DNA of 64,000 nt from Patescibacteria group bacterium (GTDB taxonomy: Bacteria; Patescibacteriota; Patescibacteriia; XYB2-FULL-38-15). This document shows, one piece after another, positions 9,280 through 18,955 of this stretch (positions are counted from its first letter, which is position 1; the number at the start of each line of letters is the position of its first letter). The notes beneath the pieces are model-generated. The model was not told the DNA's origin and made no database searches. It saw nothing but the letters and a program-made list of their open reading frames with translations. The stretch spans positions 83,734-147,733 of the forward strand of contig JBGSRW010000006.1 in NCBI GenBank assembly GCA_041737355.1. Reading direction: 5' to 3'. The translations under genes were made by a program, and so were the position numbers.

Positions 9280-10941
9280 TTAAATAACCCTTATTAACTC
9301 CTCGAGAGTCGTATCGCCGCGGAGTACCTTCGCCACTCCGTCTTCGGCCAAAGAAAGCATCCCTTGCCCGCGGGCGGCCTTGTCTATTTCTTTCAGGGAA
9401 GCACCTTCAAGAATTTTGGAATATATCTCCGGAGTATTTCTCAAAACTTCATATAATCCTATTCTGCCGTGCAACCCCTCGGAACGGCACATTTTGCAAC
9501 CTTCGCCGCGATACAAAAAAATATTTTTTGAGGATAGGTCTAGCAGAGCGGTTATTTTTTTTAAATCAACGCCAAGCTGTTTTTCAATCAAATCTATCTC
9601 TTTCGAGCGGGCGGCAAATTTTGTCTTGCAGTGCGGGCATATTTTTCTGACCAAGCGCTGCGCTAGGACAACATTGACCGTCGAAGCTACGAGATACGAC
9701 GGGATACCCATTTCCGTAATTCTCGGCAGTGTTGTAACCGCGTCATTCGTGTGCAAAGTCGAGAGAACCAAATGCCCGGTAAGCGCCGCGTGCAGGGCGA
9801 TTTCCGCCGTTTCCTGATCCCGAATTTCTCCGACCATAATGACGTTCGGATCCTGCCTTAAAAAAGCTCTGAGACCCGCGGCAAAAGTATAACCGATTTG
9901 CGGATTAACCTGGCTCTGATTGATTCCGGTCACACTGTACTCGATCGGATCCTCAATGGTTGAAATATTAATTCCCGGCCTGTTGATCATGCCAAGCAAA
10001 GTGTAAAGAGTCGTAGTTTTTCCGCAGCCCGTCGGGCCGACCGCCAAAATCATTCCCTGAGCCCTCTTAATTTCCTCTTTTACAATTTTTGCGAAATTAG
10101 GAAGAAAACCGAGCTCTTCCAAGGACAACTGTTTTAATTCCTGGTGAAGAATACGCAGCACAACCTTCTCCCCCTCAAGGACCGGAACAATGGAAACGCG
10201 GAGAGAAACCCGGTAGTCCGGACCAGCCATGGTGAAACGGCCGTCCTGGGGCAGACGGTGCTCATCGATCTTCAGATGCGACAAAATTTTTAATCTCGAG
10301 AGAACGCCGGCGTGTAATTCCTTCGGCAAAAAAATAACCTCTCGCAAAATTCCATCAACCCTGTAACGAACCAGTGATTTTTCTTCCGTCGGTTCTATAT
10401 GGACATCTGACGCCCCTTCTTTAATCGCGTTCTCAATCAACCCCTGAACTATCTTAATAACGTTAATTTCCTTTCCTTCCTGAACTTTAATTTTTTCTAC
10501 TTCCTGCTCGATGTCCTTGCGATATTGGCCGATGACCGTTTTCAATCCGGAGGGAGCGGTAAAAAATAATTTAATCTTTACGTCTTCCTTTCTCCTGATA
10601 AATTCCACCATCTGCAGGTCGGGCGGCGCGGCCGTCGCTACCCTGACTTCATCCCCGACTTTTTCAAAAGGCGCGATTTGATATTTGATCGCCAGATTAT
10701 GAGGAATAAAATTAAGAATATCTGCCGTGACAATCTTTTTTTCGAGAGAAACAAAAGGCAAACCGTAATATTCGGCCGCCTCTTTATAAAGTTTTTCTTC
10801 GGATATTAAATTTTTCGCAAACAAAAAATCTTCAAGCGGCAAATCCGCTTTTGACGAATCCAAGACGGCCTGGTCAATCACCGTTTCTTTAATCAGATCG
10901 TCGGAAGCGATAATTTTTTTTAAATCGGCCAGCGGGATCAT
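9280..10941 (-). CDS. pilB: Type IV pilus assembly ATPase PilB (GspE family)
   Basis: 553 aa with an N-terminal GSPII_E_N-like domain, Walker A GPTGCGKTTT, Asp box, Walker B VIMVGEIRD and the tetracysteine motif CPHC...CKMC. Confidence 0.9.
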   Translation of the reverse strand: MIPLADLKKIIASDDLIKETVIDQAVLDSSKADLPLEDFLFAKNLISEEKLYKEAAEYYGLPFVSLEKKIVTADILNFIPHNLAIKYQIAPFEKVGDEVRVATAAPPDLQMVEFIRRKEDVKIKLFFTAPSGLKTVIGQYRKDIEQEVEKIKVQEGKEINVIKIVQGLIENAIKEGASDVHIEPTEEKSLVRYRVDGILREVIFLPKELHAGVLSRLKILSHLKIDEHRLPQDGRFTMAGPDYRVSLRVSIVPVLEGEKVVLRILHQELKQLSLEELGFLPNFAKIVKEEIKRAQGMILAVGPTGCGKTTTLYTLLGMINRPGINISTIEDPIEYSVTGINQSQVNPQIGYTFAAGLRAFLRQDPNVIMVGEIRDQETAEIALHAALTGHLVLSTLHTNDAVTTLPRITEMGIPSYLVASTVNVVLAQRLVRKICPHCKTKFAARSKEIDLIEKQLGVDLKKITALLDLSSKNIFLYRGEGCKMCRSEGLHGRIGLYEVLRNTPEIYSKILEGASLKEIDKAARGQGMLSLAEDGVAKVLRGDTTLEELIRVI

Positions 10942-10980
10942 CGGACGAAAAATTATATAATATTTTTTATTGTTTCCCCC

Positions 10981-11997
10981 TTATAGATAGGCTTCGGCGA
11001 CTTCTTCGGTAATCAACCCTTCTTTAACCATACGCCTCAAATCCTGAGCCAAGGTGAACATCCCGAGCCCCGCGCTTGTCTGAATAACGGTATTGATCTG
11101 GGCTGACTTGTTTTCTCTGATAAGGTTGGCAACCGCCGAATTATTAATCATTATCTCTTTGGCGGAAATCCGACCACCTCCGGCTTTAGGAAGAAGGCGC
11201 TGGGAAATAACCCCGGCCAAGGTCATGGATAATTGAAGGCGGATTTGATTCTGCTGATGCGGCGGAAAAACGTCGATAATGCGGTCAACCGTCTGAGCCG
11301 CGCTGTAGGTATGCAGGGTTGCCAAAACCAAATGTCCTGTTTCCGCGAGAGTCAGAGTCGATGCGATCGTCTCGAGATCACGCATTTCGCCGACCATGAT
11401 AACGTTCGGATCCTGACGCAAAACGTGTTTTAGTCCTTCGGCAAAAGAGTTTATGTCAAAACCGAGCTCTCTCTGTTTAATAATACTGCGGTCGGCGGAA
11501 AACAAAAATTCTATTGGATCTTCCAGGGTAACAATATTGCAAAGTCTTTCCTCATTTATCTGGTTGATCATCGCCGCGAGAGTTGTAGATTTTCCGTGTC
11601 CGGTCGGGCCGGTCACGAGAATCAATCCTTGCGGAAGTTTAACGAGATCAAAAACAACCTGGGGTAAATCTAGCTCGGTCATGGTCGGAATTTCGGAAGG
11701 AATAACGCGGGCGACCATTCCGATGTTTCCTTTTTCCCAGTGTAGGTTCACCCTAAATCGGGTGCCTTTCACTTCGTGGGAAAAATCCAACTCCCGCCGG
11801 CTTATAAATTTTTCCTTCTCTACTTCTGAAAGAATTTCAAAAATTATTTTTTCCAGTTCTTTCGGTTTTAAAACAGCCTCGTCTTCCATCTCCGTCAACT
11901 GCCCGTCGATCCGGAGAAACGGCCGGCGGCCGGAAGCCAAATGCAAGTCGGAAGCTTTTCTTTCAGCGGCAGCTTGAAAAAGAGAATTCAAAACCAT
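10981..11997 (-). CDS. pilT: Twitching motility retraction ATPase PilT
   Basis: 338 aa with Walker A GPTGHGKSTT and VIMVGEMRD, and no N-terminal extension; PilT-size hexameric ATPase. Confidence 0.9.
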   Translation of the reverse strand: MVLNSLFQAAAERKASDLHLASGRRPFLRIDGQLTEMEDEAVLKPKELEKIIFEILSEVEKEKFISRRELDFSHEVKGTRFRVNLHWEKGNIGMVARVIPSEIPTMTELDLPQVVFDLVKLPQGLILVTGPTGHGKSTTLAAMINQINEERLCNIVTLEDPIEFLFSADRSIIKQRELGFDINSFAEGLKHVLRQDPNVIMVGEMRDLETIASTLTLAETGHLVLATLHTYSAAQTVDRIIDVFPPHQQNQIRLQLSMTLAGVISQRLLPKAGGGRISAKEIMINNSAVANLIRENKSAQINTVIQTSAGLGMFTLAQDLRRMVKEGLITEEVAEAYL

Positions 11998-12016
11998 ATT
12001 TTTTTTAAATTAAAAT

Positions 12017-12730
12017 TTATACCCATTTTTTAGCTTTTAACCCGGCCAAAGCCGCCTCTACCTGTGCTTCCTGCTTACTCCCCCCTTCTCCTGAGGCAAC
12101 CAATTCTTTTTCAAGATAAATCCCTACCTTGAAACGTTTGGCATGATCCGGACCGACCTCTTCCAAAACTTTGTAAGTCGGAGTAACGCCGTTTTTTTCC
12201 TGGGCCATCTCCTGAAATCTGCTTTTGGGGTCGAGATACAATTCGTTCTCAAGAATGTAGGGCAATTTAACAATCAAAAAATTCCTGGTAAAATCTCTTG
12301 CTACAATATACCCCTGGTCCAAATAAATTGCCCCGGCCAAGGCCTCGAAGGCGTTGGCCAAAATATATTGCCTGGCCTTAGAATCGGAAGACTCCTTCGC
12401 TTCCCCTTTGCTCAAATAAAGATACTTGTCCAAATCCAGTTCTTTGGCGATCTCGGAAAGCATCTTGGCATTAACCAGACTCGCCCGCCAGTTTGTAAGC
12501 TCTCCCTCGGGATTGGGATAATTTTGATAGAGATATTCGGTGACAATCAGTTCCAAAACCGCGTCTCCTAAAAATTCCAGCCTTTCGTTGTGCGCCAGTT
12601 TAAAGCCGGGATTTTCATTCAGATAAGACCGGTGGACCACCGATTGGGCGAGGAGATCGCGATTTTTAAATTTTATGCCTATTTTTTCCTCCAGAGTGGC
12701 GAGATCCTTCATTGTTCTCGTGCGGAGCAC
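12017..12730 (-). CDS. rnc: Ribonuclease III
   Basis: Carries the RNase III signature ERLEFLGDAVLELIVTEYLY and a C-terminal dsRBD (GEGGSKQEAQVEAALAGL). Start ambiguous: GTG at 12730 or ATG at 12712 (MKDLATLEE). Confidence 0.9.
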   Translation of the reverse strand: MLRTRTMKDLATLEEKIGIKFKNRDLLAQSVVHRSYLNENPGFKLAHNERLEFLGDAVLELIVTEYLYQNYPNPEGELTNWRASLVNAKMLSEIAKELDLDKYLYLSKGEAKESSDSKARQYILANAFEALAGAIYLDQGYIVARDFTRNFLIVKLPYILENELYLDPKSRFQEMAQEKNGVTPTYKVLEEVGPDHAKRFKVGIYLEKELVASGEGGSKQEAQVEAALAGLKAKKWV

Positions 12731-12790
12731 GAATGAGTACGAATAACACTAATGATTTACGTCAATTCGTGCTATTCGTAAAGATTCGTA
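12726..12790 (-). promoter_or_regulatory. Interleaved inverted repeats (pseudoknot-capable) overlapping the rnc start/5' leader
   Basis: AGCACGAAT (12726-34) pairs with ATTCGTGCT (12765-73); TACGAATA (12738-45) pairs with TATTCGTA (12773-80); a third ATTCGTA lies at 12784-90. The order A,B,A',B' gives two mutually interleaved helices. Confidence 0.3.
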
Positions 12791-12800
12791 GCCCGCAAAA

Positions 12801-13277
12801 TTATTTTTCTTTATCCTTGTCTTTTTTTTCATCTTTAATTTCTCCGGCAGCAATCATATCCTTGTAAATCGCCCCGAGTACCCCGTTTATAAATTTTCCG
12901 GAAGAACCGCTGCCGAAAGTTTTGGCCAGTTCTATCGCCTCGTTGATAACGACGCGCGGAGGAACCGGTTTTTCCCCTTTCGCTCCGGAAAATTTCAATT
13001 CAAAAATTCCCAGACGTAAAACGTTGCGGTCAACCAGGGTAATTTTTTCGATCGGCCATTCCGGGGCGTATTTTTTTATATATTTGTCTATTTCTTTTTT
13101 ATTTTCGGAAACGCCCCCGACCAATTCCACGACAAAATCGCTCTCGTCAAGCTTGGGAGCGAATTCTTTGATATTTTTGCTGGCGGCAGAAAGAACTTCC
13201 TCCTCCTTCTGGCCCATAAAATCCCACTGGTACAAGGTCTGCAGGGCAATTGTTCTCGCGAGATGCCGGCTAGCCAT
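12801..13277 (-). CDS. nusB: Transcription antitermination factor NusB
   Basis: 158 aa starting [20 protein letters not shown]; NusB-family helical protein with a Lys/Glu-rich C-terminal tail. Confidence 0.8.
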   Translation of the reverse strand: MASRHLARTIALQTLYQWDFMGQKEEEVLSAASKNIKEFAPKLDESDFVVELVGGVSENKKEIDKYIKKYAPEWPIEKITLVDRNVLRLGIFELKFSGAKGEKPVPPRVVINEAIELAKTFGSGSSGKFINGVLGAIYKDMIAAGEIKDEKKDKDKEK

Positions 13278-13290
13278 GGCTAAACCTTAA

Positions 13291-13488
13291 TTATTTTTTC
13301 TTTTTCTTCGGCGCGCTGATTTTAAGCGCTACCCGGCCCGAGTATGTGCCGCAAAATTTGCAGGCATGATGCGACAGGACGGGTTTTTTGCACTTGGAGC
13401 AAATCGAATATTGCACTTTTTTCAAGGCAAAATGAGAAGCCCTTCTTCTCTTGTGCGAACTTGTCCTTCTGTGTCCTGGTAAACCCAT
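13291..13488 (-). CDS. rpmF: 50S ribosomal protein L32
   Basis: 65 aa: GHRRTSSHKRRRASHFAL...CSKCKKPVLSHHACKFCGTY matches the L32 basic N-terminus plus CxxC...CxxC zinc ribbon. Confidence 0.75.
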   Translation of the reverse strand: MGLPGHRRTSSHKRRRASHFALKKVQYSICSKCKKPVLSHHACKFCGTYSGRVALKISAPKKKKK

Positions 13489-13513
13489 AGTTTTAATTTA
13501 TATTTTATATTTT

Positions 13514-16027
13514 TTAAACAAACGTTACGCTGGCAGCCCGGTCTTCGGTTTCTTTGAACCTCATTAATCTCACTCCTTGCGTCGCCCGGCCCAGAGTGGA
13601 AATGCTCTTGAAAGGCATTCTGATAACCTGGCCGAATTTGGAAATAATAATCAGATCCCTTTCATCCTTGCTCGAGGCGACTTGAGCGGAGATAATTTTT
13701 CCCGTCTTTGGGGTAACCTTGGCTGTTTTAATGCCGGAACCGCCGCGGCCCTGGACTTTATAATTTTTGAGATTGGTTCTTTTGCCAAAACCGTTTTCCA
13801 TTACCACCAGAAGTTCAAGCAAATTTTTGGAAATAAGGTTAGGATCGATCACGTCCATGCCGACGACCGAATCTTTTCCCTTGATTCTTACGCCGCGGAC
13901 TCCGCTTGCCGCCCGACCCATCGGCCTGACGTTTTTTTCTTTGAATCTGATGGCCTGACCCTGGGCGGTGATCAAAATTATTTCGTCGTTGCCGGTTGAA
14001 GGTTTAACCCATTCCAAACGGTCGCCGTCGTGGAGCTTTATGGAAATAAGGCCGGAACGGCGGACGTTTTCAAAATCTTTAAGTTCAACTTTCTTGATGA
14101 CGCCTTCTCTTGTAACCATGACGAGGTACTTGAAATCTCCCTCGCCAAGTTCTTTGGCGGAGAGAATGGCGGAAATTTTTTCCTCCGGCGCGAGTTGCAG
14201 GAAATTCACGATCGCCTGACCCTTCGAGGTGCGGGAGGCCGCGGGAACATCGTAGGCTTTGAGCTGGAAGACGCGGCCGCGGGTTGTGAAGAAAAGCAGG
14301 TCGAGATGGGTTGTCGTGGAAATCAGATGTTCAACGGTATCCTCTTCTTTGGTAGTAAGACCCATCACTCCTTTGCCGCCTCTGCTTTGGGTCCGGAAAG
14401 TTTCCGGGGAAAGACGTTTGATATATCCGTCAGCGGTCACGACGATAATAGTCGCTTCGTCGGGAATCAAATCTTCAACTGAAAAATCCTTGACCGCGTG
14501 GGCAATAATCTGGGTTTTTCTTTCGTCTCCGTACTTCTCTTTCAGCCCGTCTATATCTTTTTTGATCAAACCCAAAATTCTTTTCGGCGAAGCGAGAATC
14601 GTTTCGAGTTCCTTTATCAGGGCCATTTTTTCTTTGAGCTCCTCTTCAATTCTCATCCGCTCGAGGTTGGCGAGCTGTTGCAATTTCATTTCGAGGATTG
14701 CCACTGCCTGAACCTCGGTCAATTTGAACCGCTGCATCAAGTTGACCCTGGCTTCGTCCTTGTCTTTGGACTTCTTTATCAATTTTATGACCGCGTCGAT
14801 ATTGTCGACGGCAATCTTCAATCCTTTCAAAATATGCGCCCGCTCCTTGGCTTTTTTCAATTCGAATTCTGTCCGCCGGCGGATGACTTCCTTACGGTGA
14901 GCCAAATAATATTCCAAAATCATTTTCAGATTCAAAACTTTCGGCTGGATACCGTCGACCAAAGCCAGCATGTTCACGTGGAAAGAATCTTGAAGCTGAG
15001 TAAGATCAAAAAGCTGGTTTAAAATCTTTTTAGGGTAGGAATCTTTTTTAAGTTCAATAACAATCCGGACGCCTTCCTTGTTTGACTCGTCGCGGAGATC
15101 TTTAATGCCTTCGATTTTTTTATCCTTGACCAGAAGAGCAATCTTCTCGAGCAAGGTGGCTTTATTAACCTGGAAAGGTATTTCCGAAACGATAATTTTG
15201 AAATGTCCGGCTTTATCCTCCATAATTTCCGTTTTGCCGCGCATGACGATTGAGCCTTTGCCGGTCGCGTATGTCTGCTTGATGGCGTTTATATCATATA
15301 TAATCCCGCCGGTCGGAAAATCCGGACCTTTAACGAATTGAACAAGTTCCTCGACGTCGCAATCGGGATGCTCAATAAGATGGCTAATCCCGTCGCAAAT
15401 TTCCGAAAGATTGTGGGGAGGAATACTGGTCGCCATACCCACGGCGATACCCATGGTCCCGTTCAAAAGCAAGTTCGGAAGACGGGCCGGCATTACCTGG
15501 GGTTCCTTGTGAGAACCGTCGTAGTTGGGAATAAAATTAACCGTTTCTTTTTCTATATCCAAAATCATTTCCTCGGCGATGTGCGCCAATTTCGCTTCGG
15601 TATAACGCATGGCTGCCGGAGAATCTCCGTCCATCGAACCGAAGTTTCCCTGACCCCAGACCAAGGGGTAGCGCATGGCAAAATCCTGAGCCATTCTGAC
15701 CATCGAATCGTAAACCGCCACGTCGCCGTGCGGATGATATTTGCCCAAAACTTCGCCGACCACGGTCGCCGACTTCCTGAATTTGGCTCCCGGTTTCAAA
15801 CCGACATCCCACATGGCGTAAAGAATCCGGCGATGGACCGGCTTCAAACCGTCCCGGACGTCCGGAAGGGCGCGGGCAATAATAACCGACATGGCATAAT
15901 CCAAATAAGACTCCTGCGCTTCTTTTTCAATAAGGCAGGGCTCTATTTTACCCATGTAATCCTTCTTCGGTTGTTCTCCTTCGGCCTCGGGCTTTGCCTG
16001 ACCGAAAGGTTTTTTCGCTTTAGCCAT
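13514..16027 (-). CDS. gyrA: DNA gyrase subunit A
   Basis: 837 aa with [22 protein letters not shown], the active-site Tyr region, the GyrA-box-like motif and C-terminal beta-pinwheel repeats. Confidence 0.95.
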   Translation of the reverse strand: MAKAKKPFGQAKPEAEGEQPKKDYMGKIEPCLIEKEAQESYLDYAMSVIIARALPDVRDGLKPVHRRILYAMWDVGLKPGAKFRKSATVVGEVLGKYHPHGDVAVYDSMVRMAQDFAMRYPLVWGQGNFGSMDGDSPAAMRYTEAKLAHIAEEMILDIEKETVNFIPNYDGSHKEPQVMPARLPNLLLNGTMGIAVGMATSIPPHNLSEICDGISHLIEHPDCDVEELVQFVKGPDFPTGGIIYDINAIKQTYATGKGSIVMRGKTEIMEDKAGHFKIIVSEIPFQVNKATLLEKIALLVKDKKIEGIKDLRDESNKEGVRIVIELKKDSYPKKILNQLFDLTQLQDSFHVNMLALVDGIQPKVLNLKMILEYYLAHRKEVIRRRTEFELKKAKERAHILKGLKIAVDNIDAVIKLIKKSKDKDEARVNLMQRFKLTEVQAVAILEMKLQQLANLERMRIEEELKEKMALIKELETILASPKRILGLIKKDIDGLKEKYGDERKTQIIAHAVKDFSVEDLIPDEATIIVVTADGYIKRLSPETFRTQSRGGKGVMGLTTKEEDTVEHLISTTTHLDLLFFTTRGRVFQLKAYDVPAASRTSKGQAIVNFLQLAPEEKISAILSAKELGEGDFKYLVMVTREGVIKKVELKDFENVRRSGLISIKLHDGDRLEWVKPSTGNDEIILITAQGQAIRFKEKNVRPMGRAASGVRGVRIKGKDSVVGMDVIDPNLISKNLLELLVVMENGFGKRTNLKNYKVQGRGGSGIKTAKVTPKTGKIISAQVASSKDERDLIIISKFGQVIRMPFKSISTLGRATQGVRLMRFKETEDRAASVTFV

Positions 16028-16053
16028 TTTGTCTTTTATCTTTATATCGGAAA

Positions 16054-16680
16054 TTATTTATTTTCTATTTTATTTTTCATTTCCTCAACCAAAATTTTTT
16101 CTTTAAGTTTTTCCAATGTTTCGGCGTCGGCTCCTTCCGCGGCCTTGCCCGCCAGATATTCTTCGAGATTGGTCCATTCCGTCTGTAAATTTTGGAAAGA
16201 ATTCTCAAGTTCGGGATTGGAAACCGCCTCCCTGAAATATGTATAACTGTTCGATCCGAGATTTAGGGAAAGGTTTTTTCCAAAAACCGCGAGCCAAACA
16301 AAAAATATTATTGCGGTAACCGCCGCCACGCTCGCCCACATCACGGTTTTCTTTTTTCCCGGAGACCAGGATTTCCCGACGTCTTGGACAACATTTTTTT
16401 TCGGAGGAATGGGCGCCGTTTTCTCTTCCGGCCCGCTATCCCGCTCGGCCGGTTCTGCCATGACCGGAGAAATATTTTCTAAAACAGGCAGACCGCTTTC
16501 GTCTTTAACTATTTGCGGAAAAACTTTCTTGTTTTCCTCGGTCGCGGGAGCGGTTTCCGCAACAACCGGCGCAGGTTTTTCCTTTTTCCGCCGGCTGACG
16601 ACGTAAACCGGTATTTCAACTTCTTTTTTCAGAGATCGCCTCCTGGTTATTTTTTTATTACCAACGGCTTTTGGAGCCAT
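16054..16680 (-). CDS. Hypothetical single-pass membrane protein
   Basis: 208 aa with a Pro/Lys-rich N-terminal half and one TM ([19 protein letters not shown]); 4 nt after the MBL gene stop, in the same operon. Confidence 0.5.
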   Translation of the reverse strand: MAPKAVGNKKITRRRSLKKEVEIPVYVVSRRKKEKPAPVVAETAPATEENKKVFPQIVKDESGLPVLENISPVMAEPAERDSGPEEKTAPIPPKKNVVQDVGKSWSPGKKKTVMWASVAAVTAIIFFVWLAVFGKNLSLNLGSNSYTYFREAVSNPELENSFQNLQTEWTNLEEYLAGKAAEGADAETLEKLKEKILVEEMKNKIENK

Positions 16681-16684
16681 ATTC

Positions 16685-17335
16685 TTAGTCTTTATCTAAA
16701 ATAATAACTTTTGTTTCTTCCTGGGGCAAATCCTTTTTCAAAATTTTCAGCTTAGGGAGATGTTCTGCCTTTCCGGCGCCCATCTCTTTAAGAAATTTAT
16801 CCACCGGATCAATATCCATTTTAAGCCCGGGAATTTTATAATGCATCGGGATAACTATCCTCGGTTCTATCTCGTTGATTATTTCCGCCGCCTCGCGGGC
16901 CCCGATTGTCCATTTATCTCCGACCGGGATAAGAAGAATATCAACGCCGTCGAGTTTGGCGACCTGCTCCTCGTTCAAGGTATGCCCTAAATCGCCAAGG
17001 TGGGCGATGGAAATCCCTTCCATTTCTATTCTGTAGGCAACGCTTTGCCCCCGTTCTTTTCCTTCGCTCTTGTCATGCCAGAAGGGAATACCGTAAACAA
17101 AAACCCCTTTTACTTCGTATTCGCCCGGGCTGCTGATTAAAAACGGTGTTTCTCCCTTTTCTCCGCGGACCGCATCGACATTATTATGGTCGTCGTGGTC
17201 GTGGCTCACGGTAACAATATCGGCGCTAAGACGCGATAACTTTAAACCGACCTCTCCTCCGTATGGATCGGTTACAAAAGCCACGTCTTTTCCCTGAATT
17301 TTGAAACACGATTGTCCAAGCCACGATATCGTCAT
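16685..17335 (-). CDS. Metallo-beta-lactamase fold metal-dependent hydrolase (UPF0173-like)
   Basis: 216 aa starting MTISWLGQSCFKIQGKDVAFVTDPY with an HDHDDHNN metal-binding motif. Confidence 0.8.
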   Translation of the reverse strand: MTISWLGQSCFKIQGKDVAFVTDPYGGEVGLKLSRLSADIVTVSHDHDDHNNVDAVRGEKGETPFLISSPGEYEVKGVFVYGIPFWHDKSEGKERGQSVAYRIEMEGISIAHLGDLGHTLNEEQVAKLDGVDILLIPVGDKWTIGAREAAEIINEIEPRIVIPMHYKIPGLKMDIDPVDKFLKEMGAGKAEHLPKLKILKKDLPQEETKVIILDKD

Positions 17336-17591
17336 AAATTTAAAATTATTTTCTAATACGCTCCGTGATTTCCGACCGCTCCTCCATAAAAAGAGTCGGA
17401 ACCAAAGACTGCTCGCCTTCGGCGGAAAATTAAAAAATCATTAACTTATCATAACATAATTTTATAAAAAGGCAAACCCCCAAGCCGGGGCTATTTTGAC
17501 TTAATCCTATATACATTATATATGCTTGACATTTTGGGCGGTTTTGCCAAGATAGAATATCTGGCCCGAATGGATTTGGGCGAGAAAAGGG

Positions 17592-17620
17592 GTCCCGCGG
17601 TATTGCGGGACGGAGGAGGA
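17592..17620 (+). promoter_or_regulatory. Perfect 7-bp hairpin (GTCCCGC-GGTATT-GCGGGAC) directly abutting the GGAGGAGGA ribosome-binding site of the islet gene
   Basis: The hairpin at 17592-17611 and SD at 17612-17620 sit 5 nt before the ATG at 17626; a possible translational control element. Confidence 0.35.
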
Positions 17621-17625
17621 TCAAA

Positions 17626-18303
17626 ATGGGAGACGGACAAACAAAGCCGCACCTTGTCGTGCCGGAACCGAAGAAATGGATGGCACGGGTCATGAAGCAG
17701 CTTTCCGGGGGCGAAGTAACGGGCGGATCCGTCATCGGAGTACGGGAAGCATCTTGCCTGAACGGCAGGCTCGCCTTCACTCTTCTCCGGCAGGGCGGCT
17801 CGTGCGTCGTTGTTTACGGCGACATGAGCGATCCGCTCGAGAGACTGACGAAGAGCGAACCTTTCCGCCAAGTCCTCGGCCTCCGGCTCGCGAACGGCCG
17901 GCCGCTCTACGTCGCCTGGCCGGATGATCCCAAGGACAACCGGCCCTGCGTCTTCTGGGGCAAAACCAAAGAAGGACCGCCCTGCGACGCCATTGACCAC
18001 GAGAGGCTCTCGGTGTGGGACAACGCGCTCCCGCTCTACCCCGGCTGGAGAGACGGCAAGGTTTGCATCTTCCGCGGTAGGGACTATGGCAAACCCTACG
18101 ATGATATCGTAGGCCCGATCTCCATCGTGGGTAACCGCGAACTCTACCGCGCCCGGCTCGGCAAGGAAATGCTTCTTGTCTGGAGCAAACAAGAAAGCGA
18201 GACCTACGAGCACGTTTCGCCGCCCGAGTTCGACGGCAAAGAAGTCACCGCCTGGGCGACAAGATCCGTCAGGTTCTACAAGCTGGCGATCAAGGTCGCC
18301 TAG
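17626..18303 (+). CDS. Hypothetical protein, GC-rich islet gene A
   Basis: 225 aa with the strong SD GGAGGAGGA. Codon third positions are strongly G/C-biased, unlike neighbours; no recognizable domain. The overlapping antisense ORF 17491..18405 is judged spurious. Confidence 0.6.
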   Translation: MGDGQTKPHLVVPEPKKWMARVMKQLSGGEVTGGSVIGVREASCLNGRLAFTLLRQGGSCVVVYGDMSDPLERLTKSEPFRQVLGLRLANGRPLYVAWPDDPKDNRPCVFWGKTKEGPPCDAIDHERLSVWDNALPLYPGWRDGKVCIFRGRDYGKPYDDIVGPISIVGNRELYRARLGKEMLLVWSKQESETYEHVSPPEFDGKEVTAWATRSVRFYKLAIKVA

Positions 18304-18313
18304 GAGACAAGCC

Positions 18314-18847
18314 ATGACGGACGAAAATGAGAAGATGGCTTGTCCGAACTGCGGCTCGGAAGACGTCAAATGCTTCCACCAGCCGAAAAACGGCTTCGTC
18401 ACCATCTGGGACGAGTACGTCTTGCTCTGCCCGAAGTGCCGTCACCACGAAACGCGGCAGGAGCAGGCCGGCTTTTTCTTCTTCCTGCTCTTCTGGTCCC
18501 GCGACACGGTCTGCCCTTTCTGCGGCAAACCGCCCGCGAAACATCAGAAGGGACGGCTTCTCACGGAGATGGCTTCCTTTCTCGATGAAACCGGGGACAA
18601 GGCGAAGGAACTCGATCCGGCCGCCGAGATCTGCCCGGAGTGCGGCAAGGGTGAAATCGTCTGCACTTATCTTGGCGAGAGCGGCACGCCGAGAAATTAC
18701 AACTACGTCTGGGAGCATACCTGCACCCGCTGCGGTTACAACCGCAACTTCACCGAATTCAGCGAGTGCGATGATCCCGATCACGCCGAATTCGTTGACC
18801 GGCACGGTCCCGGCAAAGACGGCGGCTGTCCCGGCCCGCACAAGTAG
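18314..18847 (+). CDS. Cys-rich multi-zinc-ribbon protein, GC-rich islet gene B
   Basis: ATG at 18314 with AGGAG 8 nt upstream, 11 nt after the gene A stop. 177 aa with CPNCGSE, CPKCRHHE, CPFCGK, CPECGKGE, CTRCGY motifs (five CxxC pairs). Confidence 0.6.
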   Translation: MTDENEKMACPNCGSEDVKCFHQPKNGFVTIWDEYVLLCPKCRHHETRQEQAGFFFFLLFWSRDTVCPFCGKPPAKHQKGRLLTEMASFLDETGDKAKELDPAAEICPECGKGEIVCTYLGESGTPRNYNYVWEHTCTRCGYNRNFTEFSECDDPDHAEFVDRHGPGKDGGCPGPHK

Positions 18848-18868
18848 CAGTCAAGGAGGAAATCAACC

Positions 18869-18902
18869 CACCGCAAGGTCCACACTTTGCGGTTTTTTTT
18901 GT
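18869..18902 (+). terminator. Rho-independent terminator after the islet operon
   Basis: CCGCAAGGTCCACACTTTGCGG stem followed by TTTTTTTT. Confidence 0.6.
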
Positions 18903-18908
18903 TTAAAT

Positions 18909-18934
18909 ATAAAAATCCGCCATCAAAGCGGATT
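18909..18934 (-). terminator. Rho-independent terminator of the convergent minus-strand operon
   Basis: ATCCGC-catcaaa-GCGGAT hairpin with a U-run on the minus strand (plus-strand ATAAAAA). Confidence 0.5.
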
Positions 18935-18955
18935 CTATTATACTATTTTAAATTA

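Noticed and set aside
15338-16246. 302-aa plus-strand ORF antisense to gyrA
   Set aside because: It lies entirely within the well-supported gyrA coding region on the opposite strand, and has no RBS.
17491-18405. 304-aa minus-strand ORF antisense to islet gene A (and the other long overlapping ORFs 17676..17927, 18327..18959, 18290..18841)
   Set aside because: The high-GC region generates long stop-free frames on both strands. The plus-strand genes have a strong SD, tight coupling and a downstream terminator; the antisense frames lack an RBS and would collide with them.
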